From Myxococcota bacterium (GTDB lineage: Bacteria > Myxococcota_A > UBA9160 > UBA4427): DNA of 64,000 bases. Both the position numbers and the translations under genes were made by a program. Location of the stretch: assembly GCA_965250285.1 (NCBI GenBank), contig OZ252299.1, positions 5,280,001 through 5,344,000 on the forward strand, in the 5' to 3' direction. Numbering within the stretch: position 1 is the first letter of the stretch; every line of letters starts with the position of its first letter. Below, piece after piece: positions 48,209-57,626 of the stretch. The notes beneath the pieces are model-generated. The model was not told the DNA's origin and did not search any database. It saw only the letters and a list, made by a program, of their open reading frames with translations.

Positions 48209-49552
48209 GTGAGCGAGGGCGCGTCGCCCGAGCCCGAATCGCCGGGCGAGCGCATCCCGAACCCGTGGTGGATCCTGCCCTTCCTCGGGCGCATTCCGAT
48301 CGGCGTCGGCCGGCAGCACGTGCGCCTGCTCGGGTTCGTCGCGCTGGCGATGTTCTTCGAGAACTACGACATGTCGCTGCTGACGTCGGTGCTCAAGTAT
48401 CTGGCCGATGACTTCGTGCTGAACGAGGCCGAGCTAGGCACGTTCACGGGTTGGATCCGGTTCGGCACGCTGCCTGCGTTCTTCATCATCCCGTTCGCCG
48501 ATCGCATCGGTCGCAAGCGCATGTTCATGATCTCGGTCGTGGGCATGAGCGCTGGCACGTTCCTGACGGCGTTTAGTCCCGATCAGTACTGGTTCGTCGC
48601 GTTCCAGGTGCTGTCGCGCTCGTTCATGTTGACGGCGGCCGCGGTGGCCTTCGTGTTCATCACCGAGGAGTTCCCGGCCGAGCACCGCGGCTGGGGCATC
48701 GGGATGCTCGGCGCGGTCGCGGCGCTCGGCTTCGGTGTCGGCGCGCTCATCTTCGCGGCGATCGAGGTGTTGCCCTACGGATGGCGCGCGCTTTACATCT
48801 TTGGCGTCGTGCCCGTCTTCTTTCTCGGTCGCATTGCGAGTGGTCTGCCCGAGACGAAACGATTCGAGGCCGCGAAGGGGGCGTCGGGCACCTCGGCCGG
48901 GGCCGCCGAGCCCGACTGGCGCTCGAAGCTCGGCCCCCTCGAGCCGGTCTTGATGCTGGCGACGACGCGTCCGCGTCACGCGATCGGTGTCGTCGGCCTC
49001 GGCATGCTGGGCGTGATGGGGACCGCGGTGGCGTTTCAGTTCACGGGCAAGTTCGTGCTCGACGTGCGCGGCTGGGAACCGTGGCAGTACTCGACGATGT
49101 TCATCATCTGTGGTGCCGTCGGCGTCGTCGGGAGCCCGTGGGCGGGACGCATGGGCGATCTCTACGGTCGCCGCCTGCTTGCCGCGATGATGCTCGGCAT
49201 CTATCCGATGTGGGTCTTCGCGTTCTACCTCGGCCCCGGCTGGGCGACGCCATTCGCGTGGATCGGCATGGTCTTCGGCTCGATGTCTTCGAGCGTGATG
49301 ATCCGCGCGCTGACCAACGAGACCTTTCCGACCTCGCATCGGGGCACGGCGGGCGGCTTCTTGTCGCTCATGGAGACGCTCGGGGCCGCACTCGGGCTCT
49401 TCGCCTTCGGCTATTTCATGAACATCGTCGACGATCAGGGTCTGGTCATCGGTGTGCTGTCGCTGATGACGGTCGTCTCGGTGTTCAGCTTGCCGCTCTT
49501 CCCCGAGACCCGCCGCCGCGAGCTCGAAGAGATCCAGGCGAGCGAAGACTGA
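48209..49552 (+). CDS. MFS transporter
   Basis: About 12 TM; ADRIGRK and GDLYGRR motif A; EEFPAEHRG. Confidence 0.9.
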   Translation: MSEGASPEPESPGERIPNPWWILPFLGRIPIGVGRQHVRLLGFVALAMFFENYDMSLLTSVLKYLADDFVLNEAELGTFTGWIRFGTLPAFFIIPFADRIGRKRMFMISVVGMSAGTFLTAFSPDQYWFVAFQVLSRSFMLTAAAVAFVFITEEFPAEHRGWGIGMLGAVAALGFGVGALIFAAIEVLPYGWRALYIFGVVPVFFLGRIASGLPETKRFEAAKGASGTSAGAAEPDWRSKLGPLEPVLMLATTRPRHAIGVVGLGMLGVMGTAVAFQFTGKFVLDVRGWEPWQYSTMFIICGAVGVVGSPWAGRMGDLYGRRLLAAMMLGIYPMWVFAFYLGPGWATPFAWIGMVFGSMSSSVMIRALTNETFPTSHRGTAGGFLSLMETLGAALGLFAFGYFMNIVDDQGLVIGVLSLMTVVSVFSLPLFPETRRRELEEIQASED

Positions 49553-49562
49553 GCGCCGGCGC

Positions 49563-50810
49563 TCAGGTGATCTTCTCGGACGGCACGTCGAAGTACTCCT
49601 GGTAGCGGCGCACCTTCTCTCGCTCGGCGCCTGCGTCGAGGCCGAGCTCGCTGTAGTGGTGCACGTGTCGGCCATCGCGGTCGTCGGGGTTCGACTCGAC
49701 GTAGTCCTTCATCTTCGCCGCGACGTCTTCGCGCAGCTCCATGCCGAACTGCTCGTAGATGCGACGCACGCCCCCGATCGGATCGGAGAGGAACTCGCGA
49801 AACTGCAGGTCGACGAAGCGGTCGCTCGGCACCGCGCCGCTCTCGCGAAAGTCGACGGCGCGTTCGTAGCCGAGGCCGAGGTACTCGCTCCACTCTTCGG
49901 CGATGTCGGTCACGTCGATCGCATCACTGCACATCTTGCGCAGCACGACGTGCAGGCTGGTGAGCGATGACAGCACCTTGAGCGGGTCGCGGTGCGTCTG
50001 GATGAAGCGCGCCTCGGGGTACTCGGCGATCACGTCGTTCAGATACCAGAGATGCGCGGGCGACTTGACCACCCAGCGTTCGCCGTGATGCTTCGACTGC
50101 AGCAGCTGCAAGAATCGGCGATGCGCCTGATAGACGCTCTTCATGTCGGCGTCGTGCAGGCACCAGCGCGCGTAGCTCGGCGATCGCCACGTGACGCTGA
50201 AGATGACGCTCGCGAACTCGTAGGCGGTGAAGCGCACGCACTCTTGCGGCAGGTCACCGCCCATGCGGTGGATGCGCTTGAAGTCGGGGATCAACCGCTC
50301 CGACTGGTCGAGCTGCAGCTGCGACTCTTCGATGCGCGGGTCTGTGTAGTACGTCGCGGTCTCGGGGGGCGGTGTCGGGTGCTCGACCTCCCAGGTGAGC
50401 GGCACGCGGTTGGCCGGATCGAGCGTGAGCAGCTCGTGCAGGATCGTGGTGCCCGTGCGGCCCTGGCCGACGATGAAGATGGGGCGCTCGACCTTCTCTT
50501 CGGCGAGCTCGGGGTGCTGCTTCCAGTAGTCGCGCACCTCGAGACGATTGGCGAGGCAGCTGGTGACCTCCTGCTGCACGATCATGCGGCCGAGCGGCGT
50601 GAGCGAAGCCTCGTGTTCGCAGCTGTCGAGCAGCCGCTCGAGCCCGACGCGAAACCCGTCGTCGCCGAAGTCGTCGAGGCCCGTCTTCTTCTGTGCGCTC
50701 TCGATCAGTGCTTCGGCGTCGAGGCGGCCGAGCGGAAACCCGACGGCGCGCAAGCCGCGACCGACGGTGTTCATTGCGCGCGCGCCCAGCGGAAGGACCG
50801 GCGGCTCCAT
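49563..50810 (-). CDS. Sulfotransferase family protein
   Basis: IFIVGQGRTGTT 5'-PSB motif; WVVKSPAH; THRDP; GAGGAG RBS. Confidence 0.88.
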   Translation of the reverse strand: MEPPVLPLGARAMNTVGRGLRAVGFPLGRLDAEALIESAQKKTGLDDFGDDGFRVGLERLLDSCEHEASLTPLGRMIVQQEVTSCLANRLEVRDYWKQHPELAEEKVERPIFIVGQGRTGTTILHELLTLDPANRVPLTWEVEHPTPPPETATYYTDPRIEESQLQLDQSERLIPDFKRIHRMGGDLPQECVRFTAYEFASVIFSVTWRSPSYARWCLHDADMKSVYQAHRRFLQLLQSKHHGERWVVKSPAHLWYLNDVIAEYPEARFIQTHRDPLKVLSSLTSLHVVLRKMCSDAIDVTDIAEEWSEYLGLGYERAVDFRESGAVPSDRFVDLQFREFLSDPIGGVRRIYEQFGMELREDVAAKMKDYVESNPDDRDGRHVHHYSELGLDAGAEREKVRRYQEYFDVPSEKIT

Positions 50811-50872
50811 GATGCGACTCCTCGTGCGTTCAACGCCCGGTGACGGGATCGGTGGTCGACGCAGAAGTCTAG

Positions 50873-50932
50873 TGCGCAAACGCGTCTCCGCCGTCTGCGC
50901 AAATGCGTCTGCGCCGTCTGCGCCGTCTGCGC
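50873..50932. repeat. Short tandem repeat (2 x 23 bp imperfect, plus 9 bp units)
   Basis: TGCGCAAA(C/T)GCGTCT(C/G)CGCCGTC twice, then TGCGCCGTC. Confidence 0.7.
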
Positions 50933-51008
50933 GATCGCGTTCGCGCCGTTGCGAGAAAGCTTGCCGGCTCAGTCGAGAAACGAGCGATGGGCGGTCGAGC
51001 GTTCGCTG

Positions 51009-52388
51009 CTACACGCGCGCCAGCGTCCCGAGCTGGGGCCCGCGCCACAGCTCGGCGGTGACGCGAAGCGCGCGCTCGAGGGCGGCGTGCCCGCGCGGCG
51101 CGCTGATCGAGAGCCGCACGGCCGGCGGCGCCTCGCCCGGCGTCGCGAGGAACACGTCGGCCGGGCTCACGCGCACGCCTCGCCGCTCGAGCTCGTTGGC
51201 GAAGCGCGCCGCCTGCCACGGGGCGGGCAAGCGCAGCCAGACGTGCTGCGAGCCCGGCCGCGTGACGTGCGGGATCCCGTCGAGTGCGCGCGCGACGATG
51301 GTATGGCGAGCGGCGAGCTCTTCGCGCAGCTGGCGCACGAGCACGCGGCCGTGCCCCGACTCGATCCAACGGCAGGCGACCTCTCCGCCGATGGGTGAGG
51401 CCATCCAAACTGAGCTCCACACCGCGTCGTGAGCGCGGCGGGGGTCGAGGCCGGGGCCTGCGAGGAACGCGACGCGCAGCCCGGGCGCCAGGCTCTTCGA
51501 GAGCGACACGATCGAGAGCGTGCGGCCGGGCACGAGCGTCGAGAAGCAGGGATGGGGATCGTCCACGATGCCCGTCTGAATGTCGTCGCGCACGATCGTC
51601 AGATCGAAGCGCTCGGCCAGCTCGGCGATCTGTTCGCGGCGTTCGGCGTCGAGGACGGCGGCGGTCGGGTTCTGCAGCGCGGGCATGCAGTAGAGCAGGC
51701 GGGGTCGCTCGGCGAGGCAGAGCGCCTCGAGCGCCCGGGGCACGATGCCGCGCTCGTCGCTCTCGACGGGCCGCACGCGCAGGCCGAGCGTGCGCGCCGC
51801 ACCGACGAAACCGGGATACGTGAGTGGCTCGCACACGACCGACTCACCGGGACCGACGGTGGCGGCGAGCGCTGCGAAGATCGCGTGTTGCGCGCCGGCG
51901 CACACGACCAGTCGATCGGGCGACACGTCGATGCCGAGCTCGGCGAGCCAGCGCGTGCCCGCCTCGCGCAGCCGGACATCGCCGCGCGGGTCGCGGTAGC
52001 CGAGGCGCGTTTCGAGATCGGGCTCGTCGGCGAGTGCGCGCAGCGCCTCGCGCCAGCCGGCGTGGGGCTCGGGCGGAGGCACGTTGACCGAAAGGTCGAT
52101 CGGCCCCGCGTCGTCGCTGGGCGACCGCACGGCGAGGGGCGCCGGGTGGGGTGCGCGCACGAACGTGCCGCGCCCGACTTCCCCCGATACGAGCCCGCGC
52201 CGGCGGGCCTCGGCGTAGGCGCGGCTCACGGTGCCGACGTTGACGCCGAGCCGGGCGGCCAGATCGCGGTGAGTCGGCAGCCGGTCTCCCTCTGCGAGCC
52301 GGCCCTCGGCGAGGTCGGTCTCGAGGGCGCGGGTGATCGCCAGGTAGACCGGTCCGGTCTCGTCGATCTCGGGCTGCCAGATTGTCAT
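51009..52388 (-). CDS. MocR/GabR-family regulator (GntR HTH + PLP aminotransferase domain)
   Basis: GDRLPTHRDLAARLGVNVGTVSRAY, GRGTFV, QNPT, SLSKSLAPGLR. Confidence 0.92.
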   Translation of the reverse strand: MTIWQPEIDETGPVYLAITRALETDLAEGRLAEGDRLPTHRDLAARLGVNVGTVSRAYAEARRRGLVSGEVGRGTFVRAPHPAPLAVRSPSDDAGPIDLSVNVPPPEPHAGWREALRALADEPDLETRLGYRDPRGDVRLREAGTRWLAELGIDVSPDRLVVCAGAQHAIFAALAATVGPGESVVCEPLTYPGFVGAARTLGLRVRPVESDERGIVPRALEALCLAERPRLLYCMPALQNPTAAVLDAERREQIAELAERFDLTIVRDDIQTGIVDDPHPCFSTLVPGRTLSIVSLSKSLAPGLRVAFLAGPGLDPRRAHDAVWSSVWMASPIGGEVACRWIESGHGRVLVRQLREELAARHTIVARALDGIPHVTRPGSQHVWLRLPAPWQAARFANELERRGVRVSPADVFLATPGEAPPAVRLSISAPRGHAALERALRVTAELWRGPQLGTLARV

Positions 52389-52418
52389 GGTTACAATCCC
52401 AGATTGTTTCGAGTCAAT
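52381..52418. promoter_or_regulatory. Putative MocR-regulator binding repeats
   Basis: ATTGT-N7-ACAAT (52381-52397) overlapping the regulator start, and ATTGT-N6-TCAAT (52403-52418). Confidence 0.6.
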
Positions 52419-52475
52419 CAGTCGCCTATCTAGCACATTCTGCTGTGCCGCCGTTTCAGAGAGGGAGGATCGGCC

Positions 52476-53939
52476 ATGCCCCGCCCCGACCCGCGATTCG
52501 ACCACCAGGCCCTGCTCGCCGACGCCGCCGTTCGGGCGACGCGGTATCTCGCCGCGCTCGCCGAGCGCCCGGTCGCGCCTGGGCGCGAGGCCGTCGATCG
52601 CTTGCGCGCCTTCTCCGACCGCCCGCTGCCCGGCGCGCCGCTCGACCCTCGCGCGGTGCTGGCCGAGCTCGATCGAGTCGTGGCGCCGGCGACGCTGGCG
52701 AGCGCGGGGCCACGCTTCTTCGGCTGGGTCCATGGCGGCAGCCTGCCCGCGACCGTCGCGGCGAGCTGGCTGGCTGCGGCCTGGGACCAGAACGCGTTCG
52801 CATTTCAGTCGAGCCCCGGCGCGGTGGCCATCGAAGAGCTGGCCCTCGAGTGGACGCGCGATGCGCTCGGTCTGCCGCCCGGCGTGGCGGGCACGTTCGC
52901 GACCGGCGCGACCATGGCGAACTTCAGCGCCCTGGCGGCGGCGCGTCATCGCGTGCTCGCCCGCGTCGGCCACGACGTCGAGCGCGATGGCCTGATCGGT
53001 GCGCCACCGATCACCGTGGCGACCAGCGCCGAGAGCCACCCGACCGTGCGCAAGGGCCTCGGGCTGCTCGGTCTCGGCCGGGCGCGCTCGGTCGAGCTCG
53101 CCGTCGATGCCGAGGGCCGCATCGATCTCGCGCGGCTGCCCGATGTCGAGGGGCCGGTCATCGTCTGCGCCCAGGCGGGCAACGTGAACAGCGGCGCGTG
53201 CGATCCCGTCGCCGGCCTGCGCGACTGGGTCGACGCGCGCAATGGCTGGCTGCACGTCGACGGTGCTTTCGGGCTCTGGGCTCAGGCCTCGCCCCGCCTG
53301 CGTGCGCTCACCGAAGGCGTCGACTGCGCCGACTCGTGGGCGACCGACGGCCACAAGTGGCTGAACGTGCCGTACGACTGCGGCATCGCCTTCGTGCGCG
53401 ATGCCGAGGCCCTGCGTGCGGCGATGGCGTTCGACGCGGCGTATCTGCCCGGCGCCTCGACCGAAGCGCCGGCCGAGGCGGCTCCGCGCGAGCCGTATCA
53501 AACCGGCCTCGAAACCTCGCGCCGGGCGCGCGGCCTCGAGGTCTTCGCGGCACTGCGCAGTCTCGGGCGAGACGGCCTCGCCGAGATGATCGAACGCTGC
53601 TGCGCGCACGCCCGTCGCTTCGCCGAGGGGTTGCGCGCCGCGGGCCACACCGTGCTGAACGACGTCGTCCTGAACCAGGTGGTCGTGCGCTTCGGCGACG
53701 CCCGACAGAACGCCGCGGTGATCGAGCGGATCCAGCGCGCGGGTGAGTGCTGGTGCGGACCCACGCATTGGCAGGGCCAGAGCGCCATGCGCATCAGCGT
53801 GTCGTGCTGGGCGACGCGCGAGGCCGACGTCGAGCGCAGCCTCGACTCGATCCTCGCTTGCGCCGAGGCGGTGCTCGGCTCGTCGGGCGCCGAGAAAAGG
53901 GGCTTCGGCGCAGGCGGCACGCGCGCTCGGGCGGTCTGA
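52476..53939 (+). CDS. Group II PLP-dependent amino-acid decarboxylase
   Basis: GPRFFGWV, GATMANF, WLHVDGAFG, TDGHKWLNVPYDCG. Confidence 0.9.
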   Translation: MPRPDPRFDHQALLADAAVRATRYLAALAERPVAPGREAVDRLRAFSDRPLPGAPLDPRAVLAELDRVVAPATLASAGPRFFGWVHGGSLPATVAASWLAAAWDQNAFAFQSSPGAVAIEELALEWTRDALGLPPGVAGTFATGATMANFSALAAARHRVLARVGHDVERDGLIGAPPITVATSAESHPTVRKGLGLLGLGRARSVELAVDAEGRIDLARLPDVEGPVIVCAQAGNVNSGACDPVAGLRDWVDARNGWLHVDGAFGLWAQASPRLRALTEGVDCADSWATDGHKWLNVPYDCGIAFVRDAEALRAAMAFDAAYLPGASTEAPAEAAPREPYQTGLETSRRARGLEVFAALRSLGRDGLAEMIERCCAHARRFAEGLRAAGHTVLNDVVLNQVVVRFGDARQNAAVIERIQRAGECWCGPTHWQGQSAMRISVSCWATREADVERSLDSILACAEAVLGSSGAEKRGFGAGGTRARAV

Positions 53940-54019
53940 GGCCGCCGAGGCGCCGCGTTCGAAACGAAGGGCCATCGGCGGCATCCTCAAGGGGTCAGGC
54001 AACCCGACCGGAGACCCCC

Positions 54020-54508
54020 ATGGCCGACGAGATCTACGACTACCCCGTGCGCACGATCGAGGGCCAGGACACGACGCTGGCCGACCACCGCGGCGAGGTG
54101 ATGCTGATCGTGAACACCGCGAGCAAGTGCGGCTTCACCCCGCAGTACGACGGGCTCGAGAAGCTGCACGCGCAGTACCACGACCGTGGCCTCGCCGTGC
54201 TCGGCTTCCCCTGCAACCAGTTCGGTGGACAGGAGCCCGGCGGGTCGGACGAGATCCAGGAGTTCTGCAAGGTGCGCTACGGCGTGACGTTCCCGCTCTT
54301 CGAGAAGATCGACGTGAACGGCGCGCACGCGCATCCGCTCTTCGAGCACCTGAAGAACGCGGCGCCCGGCGTGCTCGGCAGCCGCAACGTGAAGTGGAAC
54401 TTCACGAAGTTCCTCGTGAGCAAGGACGGTCGGGTGCTCGAGCGCTTCGCACCGTCGACCAAGCCCGGGGCGATCGAGAAGAAGATCGAGGCCGAGCTCG
54501 CGAAGTAG
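54020..54508 (+). CDS. Glutathione peroxidase (Cys-type)
   Basis: VNTASKCGFTPQY (TGC codon), LGFPCNQFGGQEPG, KWNFTKFLV. Confidence 0.95.
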   Translation: MADEIYDYPVRTIEGQDTTLADHRGEVMLIVNTASKCGFTPQYDGLEKLHAQYHDRGLAVLGFPCNQFGGQEPGGSDEIQEFCKVRYGVTFPLFEKIDVNGAHAHPLFEHLKNAAPGVLGSRNVKWNFTKFLVSKDGRVLERFAPSTKPGAIEKKIEAELAK

Positions 54509-54520
54509 CGCGCGGCGCGC

Positions 54521-55147
54521 CTAGCCGAGCGGCGAATCCTGCCCGTCTTCGATGGGCACGACGTCGTGGGGTGTGCAGACGTCGCCCTCGAACTCGTAGA
54601 TGCGTCCGTGCGCGTGGCGTGAGAGCGCGCGGCGCTCGTCGTCGCCCAGACCGAGCCAGGCCGTGCGAAACGCGCGCGAGAAGCCACCGTGACTGACCAG
54701 CACGATCGTGTCGTGGGGTCGGGCCTCTTCGAGCCAGCGCCGGGCCCGGGCGAGGACGTCGAGTCTCGATTCGCCGCCGGGGGCCTTCGTCTCCCACTGG
54801 CGCCAGGCCTCGCGGGTCAGGCCGTGGCGTGCCTCGATCTCGGGCCAGTCGAGGCCTTCGAGCTGGCCGACGTCGTGCTCGGCGAGCAGCGGATCGATCG
54901 TGAACGCCGCGAGCGAGACGCCGAGGGCGTCGGCGAGAAGGCTCGCCGTCTGACGCGTGCGTCCCATCGGGCTCGCGTAGAATCCAATGCGCTGGGGATC
55001 TGTACCGGCGAGGGCCGACTTCAAGAAGTCGCCGTACGCGATGCAGAGCTCGACCCCACGCAGGGTGAGCGGTGAGTCGGCCTGGCCCTGGAGCCGGCCC
55101 GCCCGGTTCCAGGCCGTCTCGCCGTGGCGAATGAAGAACACGCGCAT
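54521..55147 (-). CDS. Histidine phosphatase family protein
   Basis: IRHGETAWN, SPMGRTRQTA, VSHGG. Confidence 0.92.
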   Translation of the reverse strand: MRVFFIRHGETAWNRAGRLQGQADSPLTLRGVELCIAYGDFLKSALAGTDPQRIGFYASPMGRTRQTASLLADALGVSLAAFTIDPLLAEHDVGQLEGLDWPEIEARHGLTREAWRQWETKAPGGESRLDVLARARRWLEEARPHDTIVLVSHGGFSRAFRTAWLGLGDDERRALSRHAHGRIYEFEGDVCTPHDVVPIEDGQDSPLG

Positions 55148-55336
55148 GAGGCTCAGCTAGCACACGCTTCGCCGCCGCACATCGGGCGGCGGACGTGGGC
55201 AGCTGGCGGAGCGCGGCGATCCCGCGCGGCTCTGTACCATTGCCGGGCGCGCCCCTCGCCCCGATCTCGACGCCGGCGCACCCGCGTCGGCGAGCACGTG
55301 GCCCACCGAAGGCGAGTCGACGCAGGGAGAGCCGCG

Positions 55337-56008
55337 ATGTCGGGAGCTCAGGCGAGCGCAGCTGTGCGCACCGAGGCGCGCCCGCGCGGTCGCTGGCCGG
55401 TGGGGGGGTGGCTGGTTGCGGGCCTGGCGATCGGTGTCGCGGTCTGGGTCGGCATCGCGCAGGCGACGCCCCAGGGCGTCGATCCGCTCCCGGTGGTGAA
55501 CCGCTGGCTCGTGCGGGCCGGCCTGCCGTTCTTCGTGCTGCTGTTCGCGGCGGGCCCGATCGCGCGGCTGCGCGCCACGCCTTGGACCCGTCGGCTCGTG
55601 CGCGAGCGCCGCGGGGTCGGTCTCTGCTGGGCGATGATCCATCTGACGCACGCGGCGGCAATCATGGCGAGCTGGGGGGGCGAAGGGGGCGAGCTGCCCG
55701 ACGCGGTGACGCTCGTCGTGGGTGGCTTCGGGTTCGTGCTCACGGCGCTCTTGGCCGCGACCTCGAACGATGCGTCCCAGCGCGCGCTCGGCCGGCGCTG
55801 GGTGCGCCTCCACCGCACGGGCATCTGGTACCTGATGTTCATCTACGTCGTGTCGTACGCGGGCAACGTCGCCGAGCAGCCGACAGCGTGGAAGACGATC
55901 GCGCTGGCGCTGATGCTGGGCCTGGTCGGTCTGCGGGCCGCCGCGTGGTGGCTGCGGCGCCGCCGCGCCAGCGGGGCCTCCGTCGCCTCTCTCGCCGCCG
56001 GTGCATAG
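55337..56008 (+). CDS. MsrQ/ferric-reductase-like transmembrane protein
   Basis: ERRGVGL, HLTH, LAATSND, LGRRWVRLHR. Confidence 0.75.
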   Translation: MSGAQASAAVRTEARPRGRWPVGGWLVAGLAIGVAVWVGIAQATPQGVDPLPVVNRWLVRAGLPFFVLLFAAGPIARLRATPWTRRLVRERRGVGLCWAMIHLTHAAAIMASWGGEGGELPDAVTLVVGGFGFVLTALLAATSNDASQRALGRRWVRLHRTGIWYLMFIYVVSYAGNVAEQPTAWKTIALALMLGLVGLRAAAWWLRRRRASGASVASLAAGA

Positions 56009-56180
56009 GTACAAAAATTAATTAAAACAGATATTTGCGAGTGAATCTGCGCACTGCGGCGAGCTCGGTCATGGCACCCCGCTCGAGGCTGCGGCTAGAC
56101 TCGGCGATGCGAGTTCGTTTGTAGAACTCACATGGATCGGCTCGAAGCCGGCCGACTCGTCCACCAAGCGCGCCCTGGAG

Positions 56181-56771
56181 ATGCCCGTGGCCAAATCGTT
56201 CGACTACTTCCTCGACTTCGCGAGCCCGTACACCTACCTCTGCGACTCGCAGATCCCCGGGTTGCTCGAGCGCACCGGCGCCGAGGTCGTCTACAAGCCG
56301 ATGGTGCTCGGTGCGGTCATGGTGGCCACGGGCAACAAGCCGCCGGGCAGCGTGCCCGCGAAGGGCGCCTACATGGCGCAGGACCTGCCGCGTTGGCTGA
56401 AGCGCTATGGCCTCGACTTCGCGCCCAACCCGCACTTTCCCGTGCGCACGATTCTGCCGCTGCGCGCAGCGCTCGTCGCGATGGAAGAGGGCGGCTTCCC
56501 CGAGCTCAAGGCCTCGATCTTCAAGGCGGTGTGGACCGAGAAGATCGACCCCAATGAGGTCGACCAGCTGAAGCCGGTGATCGCGCGTGCCGGGCTCGAC
56601 GCCGATCACGTGCTCGAGCGCACCGGCGACCCGTCGATCAAGGACCAGCTCAAGAAGAACACCGACGAGGCGATCGAGCGCGGCGTGTTCGGCGCGCCCA
56701 CGATCTTCGTCGGCGACGACATGTTCTTCGGCAACGACCGCCTCGACTTCGTCGAAGAAGCGCTGCGTTGA
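56181..56771 (+). CDS. 2-hydroxychromene-2-carboxylate isomerase / GST-kappa (DsbA-like)
   Basis: DFASPYTYL, AIERGVFGAPT, FFGNDRL. Confidence 0.9.
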   Translation: MPVAKSFDYFLDFASPYTYLCDSQIPGLLERTGAEVVYKPMVLGAVMVATGNKPPGSVPAKGAYMAQDLPRWLKRYGLDFAPNPHFPVRTILPLRAALVAMEEGGFPELKASIFKAVWTEKIDPNEVDQLKPVIARAGLDADHVLERTGDPSIKDQLKKNTDEAIERGVFGAPTIFVGDDMFFGNDRLDFVEEALR

Positions 56772-57559
56772 GCGCGGCTGCGCCGGGCGGCGCCGGAGAG
56801 CAGGGCGGACAAGATGGGCAGGGTGGCCCCGGTGGAGAGCGGCGAGCCGCGTTGATCATCGGCGCAGGCGAGAGCACGGGCGGCGCCATCGCCAAGCGCT
56901 TCGCGCGCGAGGGCCTGGTGGCCGTGTGCACGCGGCGCAACGCCGATGGGCTCGATCCACTCGTGAAGGAGATCGAAGAGGCGGGCGGTCAGGCCATCGC
57001 CGTCGGCTGCGACGCCCGCGATGAAGACCAGATGACCCAGCTCTTCGAGCACATCGAGAAAGAGATCGCGCCGCTCGAGGTCGCGGTTTTCAACCCGGGT
57101 GCGAACGTGAACTTTCCGATCGTCGAGACGACGAGCCGCGTCTATCGCAAGGTCTGGGAGATGGCGTGCTTCGCGGGCTTCTTGACGGGGCGTGAGGCCG
57201 CTCGCGTCATGACGCCGCGGGGGCACGGCACGATCCTCTTCACGGGCGCGACGGCCAGCCTGCGCGGGGGCGCCGGGTTCTCGGCGTTCGCGGGCGCCAA
57301 GCACGCCCTGCGCGCGCTCGCGGGCAGCATGGCGCGCGAGCTCGGCCCGAAGGGCATCCACGTCGGTCACATCGTCGTCGACGGCGCGATCGATACGCCG
57401 TGGATCCGCGAGAACTTCAAGGCGATGGTCGAAGCGCGGCCCGAAGACGGGCTGCTCGACCCCGACGCGATCGCCGAAGCGTACTGGCAGCTGCACGCGC
57501 AGCCGCGCAACGCATGGACGTTCGAGCTCGATCTGCGGCCGTTCGACGAGCGGTGGTAG
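56768..57559 (+). CDS. Short-chain dehydrogenase/reductase
   Basis: IGAGESTGGAIA, FTGATASLRG, FAGAK, WTFELDLRP; TTGA overlap. Confidence 0.9.
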   Translation: MSAAAPGGAGEQGGQDGQGGPGGERRAALIIGAGESTGGAIAKRFAREGLVAVCTRRNADGLDPLVKEIEEAGGQAIAVGCDARDEDQMTQLFEHIEKEIAPLEVAVFNPGANVNFPIVETTSRVYRKVWEMACFAGFLTGREAARVMTPRGHGTILFTGATASLRGGAGFSAFAGAKHALRALAGSMARELGPKGIHVGHIVVDGAIDTPWIRENFKAMVEARPEDGLLDPDAIAEAYWQLHAQPRNAWTFELDLRPFDERW

Positions 57560-57626
57560 CAGGGCGAGTCGCCTGAGACCGATCGGTCCGCGACGCGGTC
57601 GTGCCGCGGAGCTGACTCGACGGTGA

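Noticed and set aside
51009..54002. 997 aa ORF as a giant MocR fusion
   Set aside because: The N-terminal 538 codons are antisense to the decarboxylase; the real start is 52388.
54020..54508. Selenocysteine GPx, given selD in the window
   Set aside because: The active-site codon is TGC; SelD also has Cys; I found no convincing in-frame TGA read-through.
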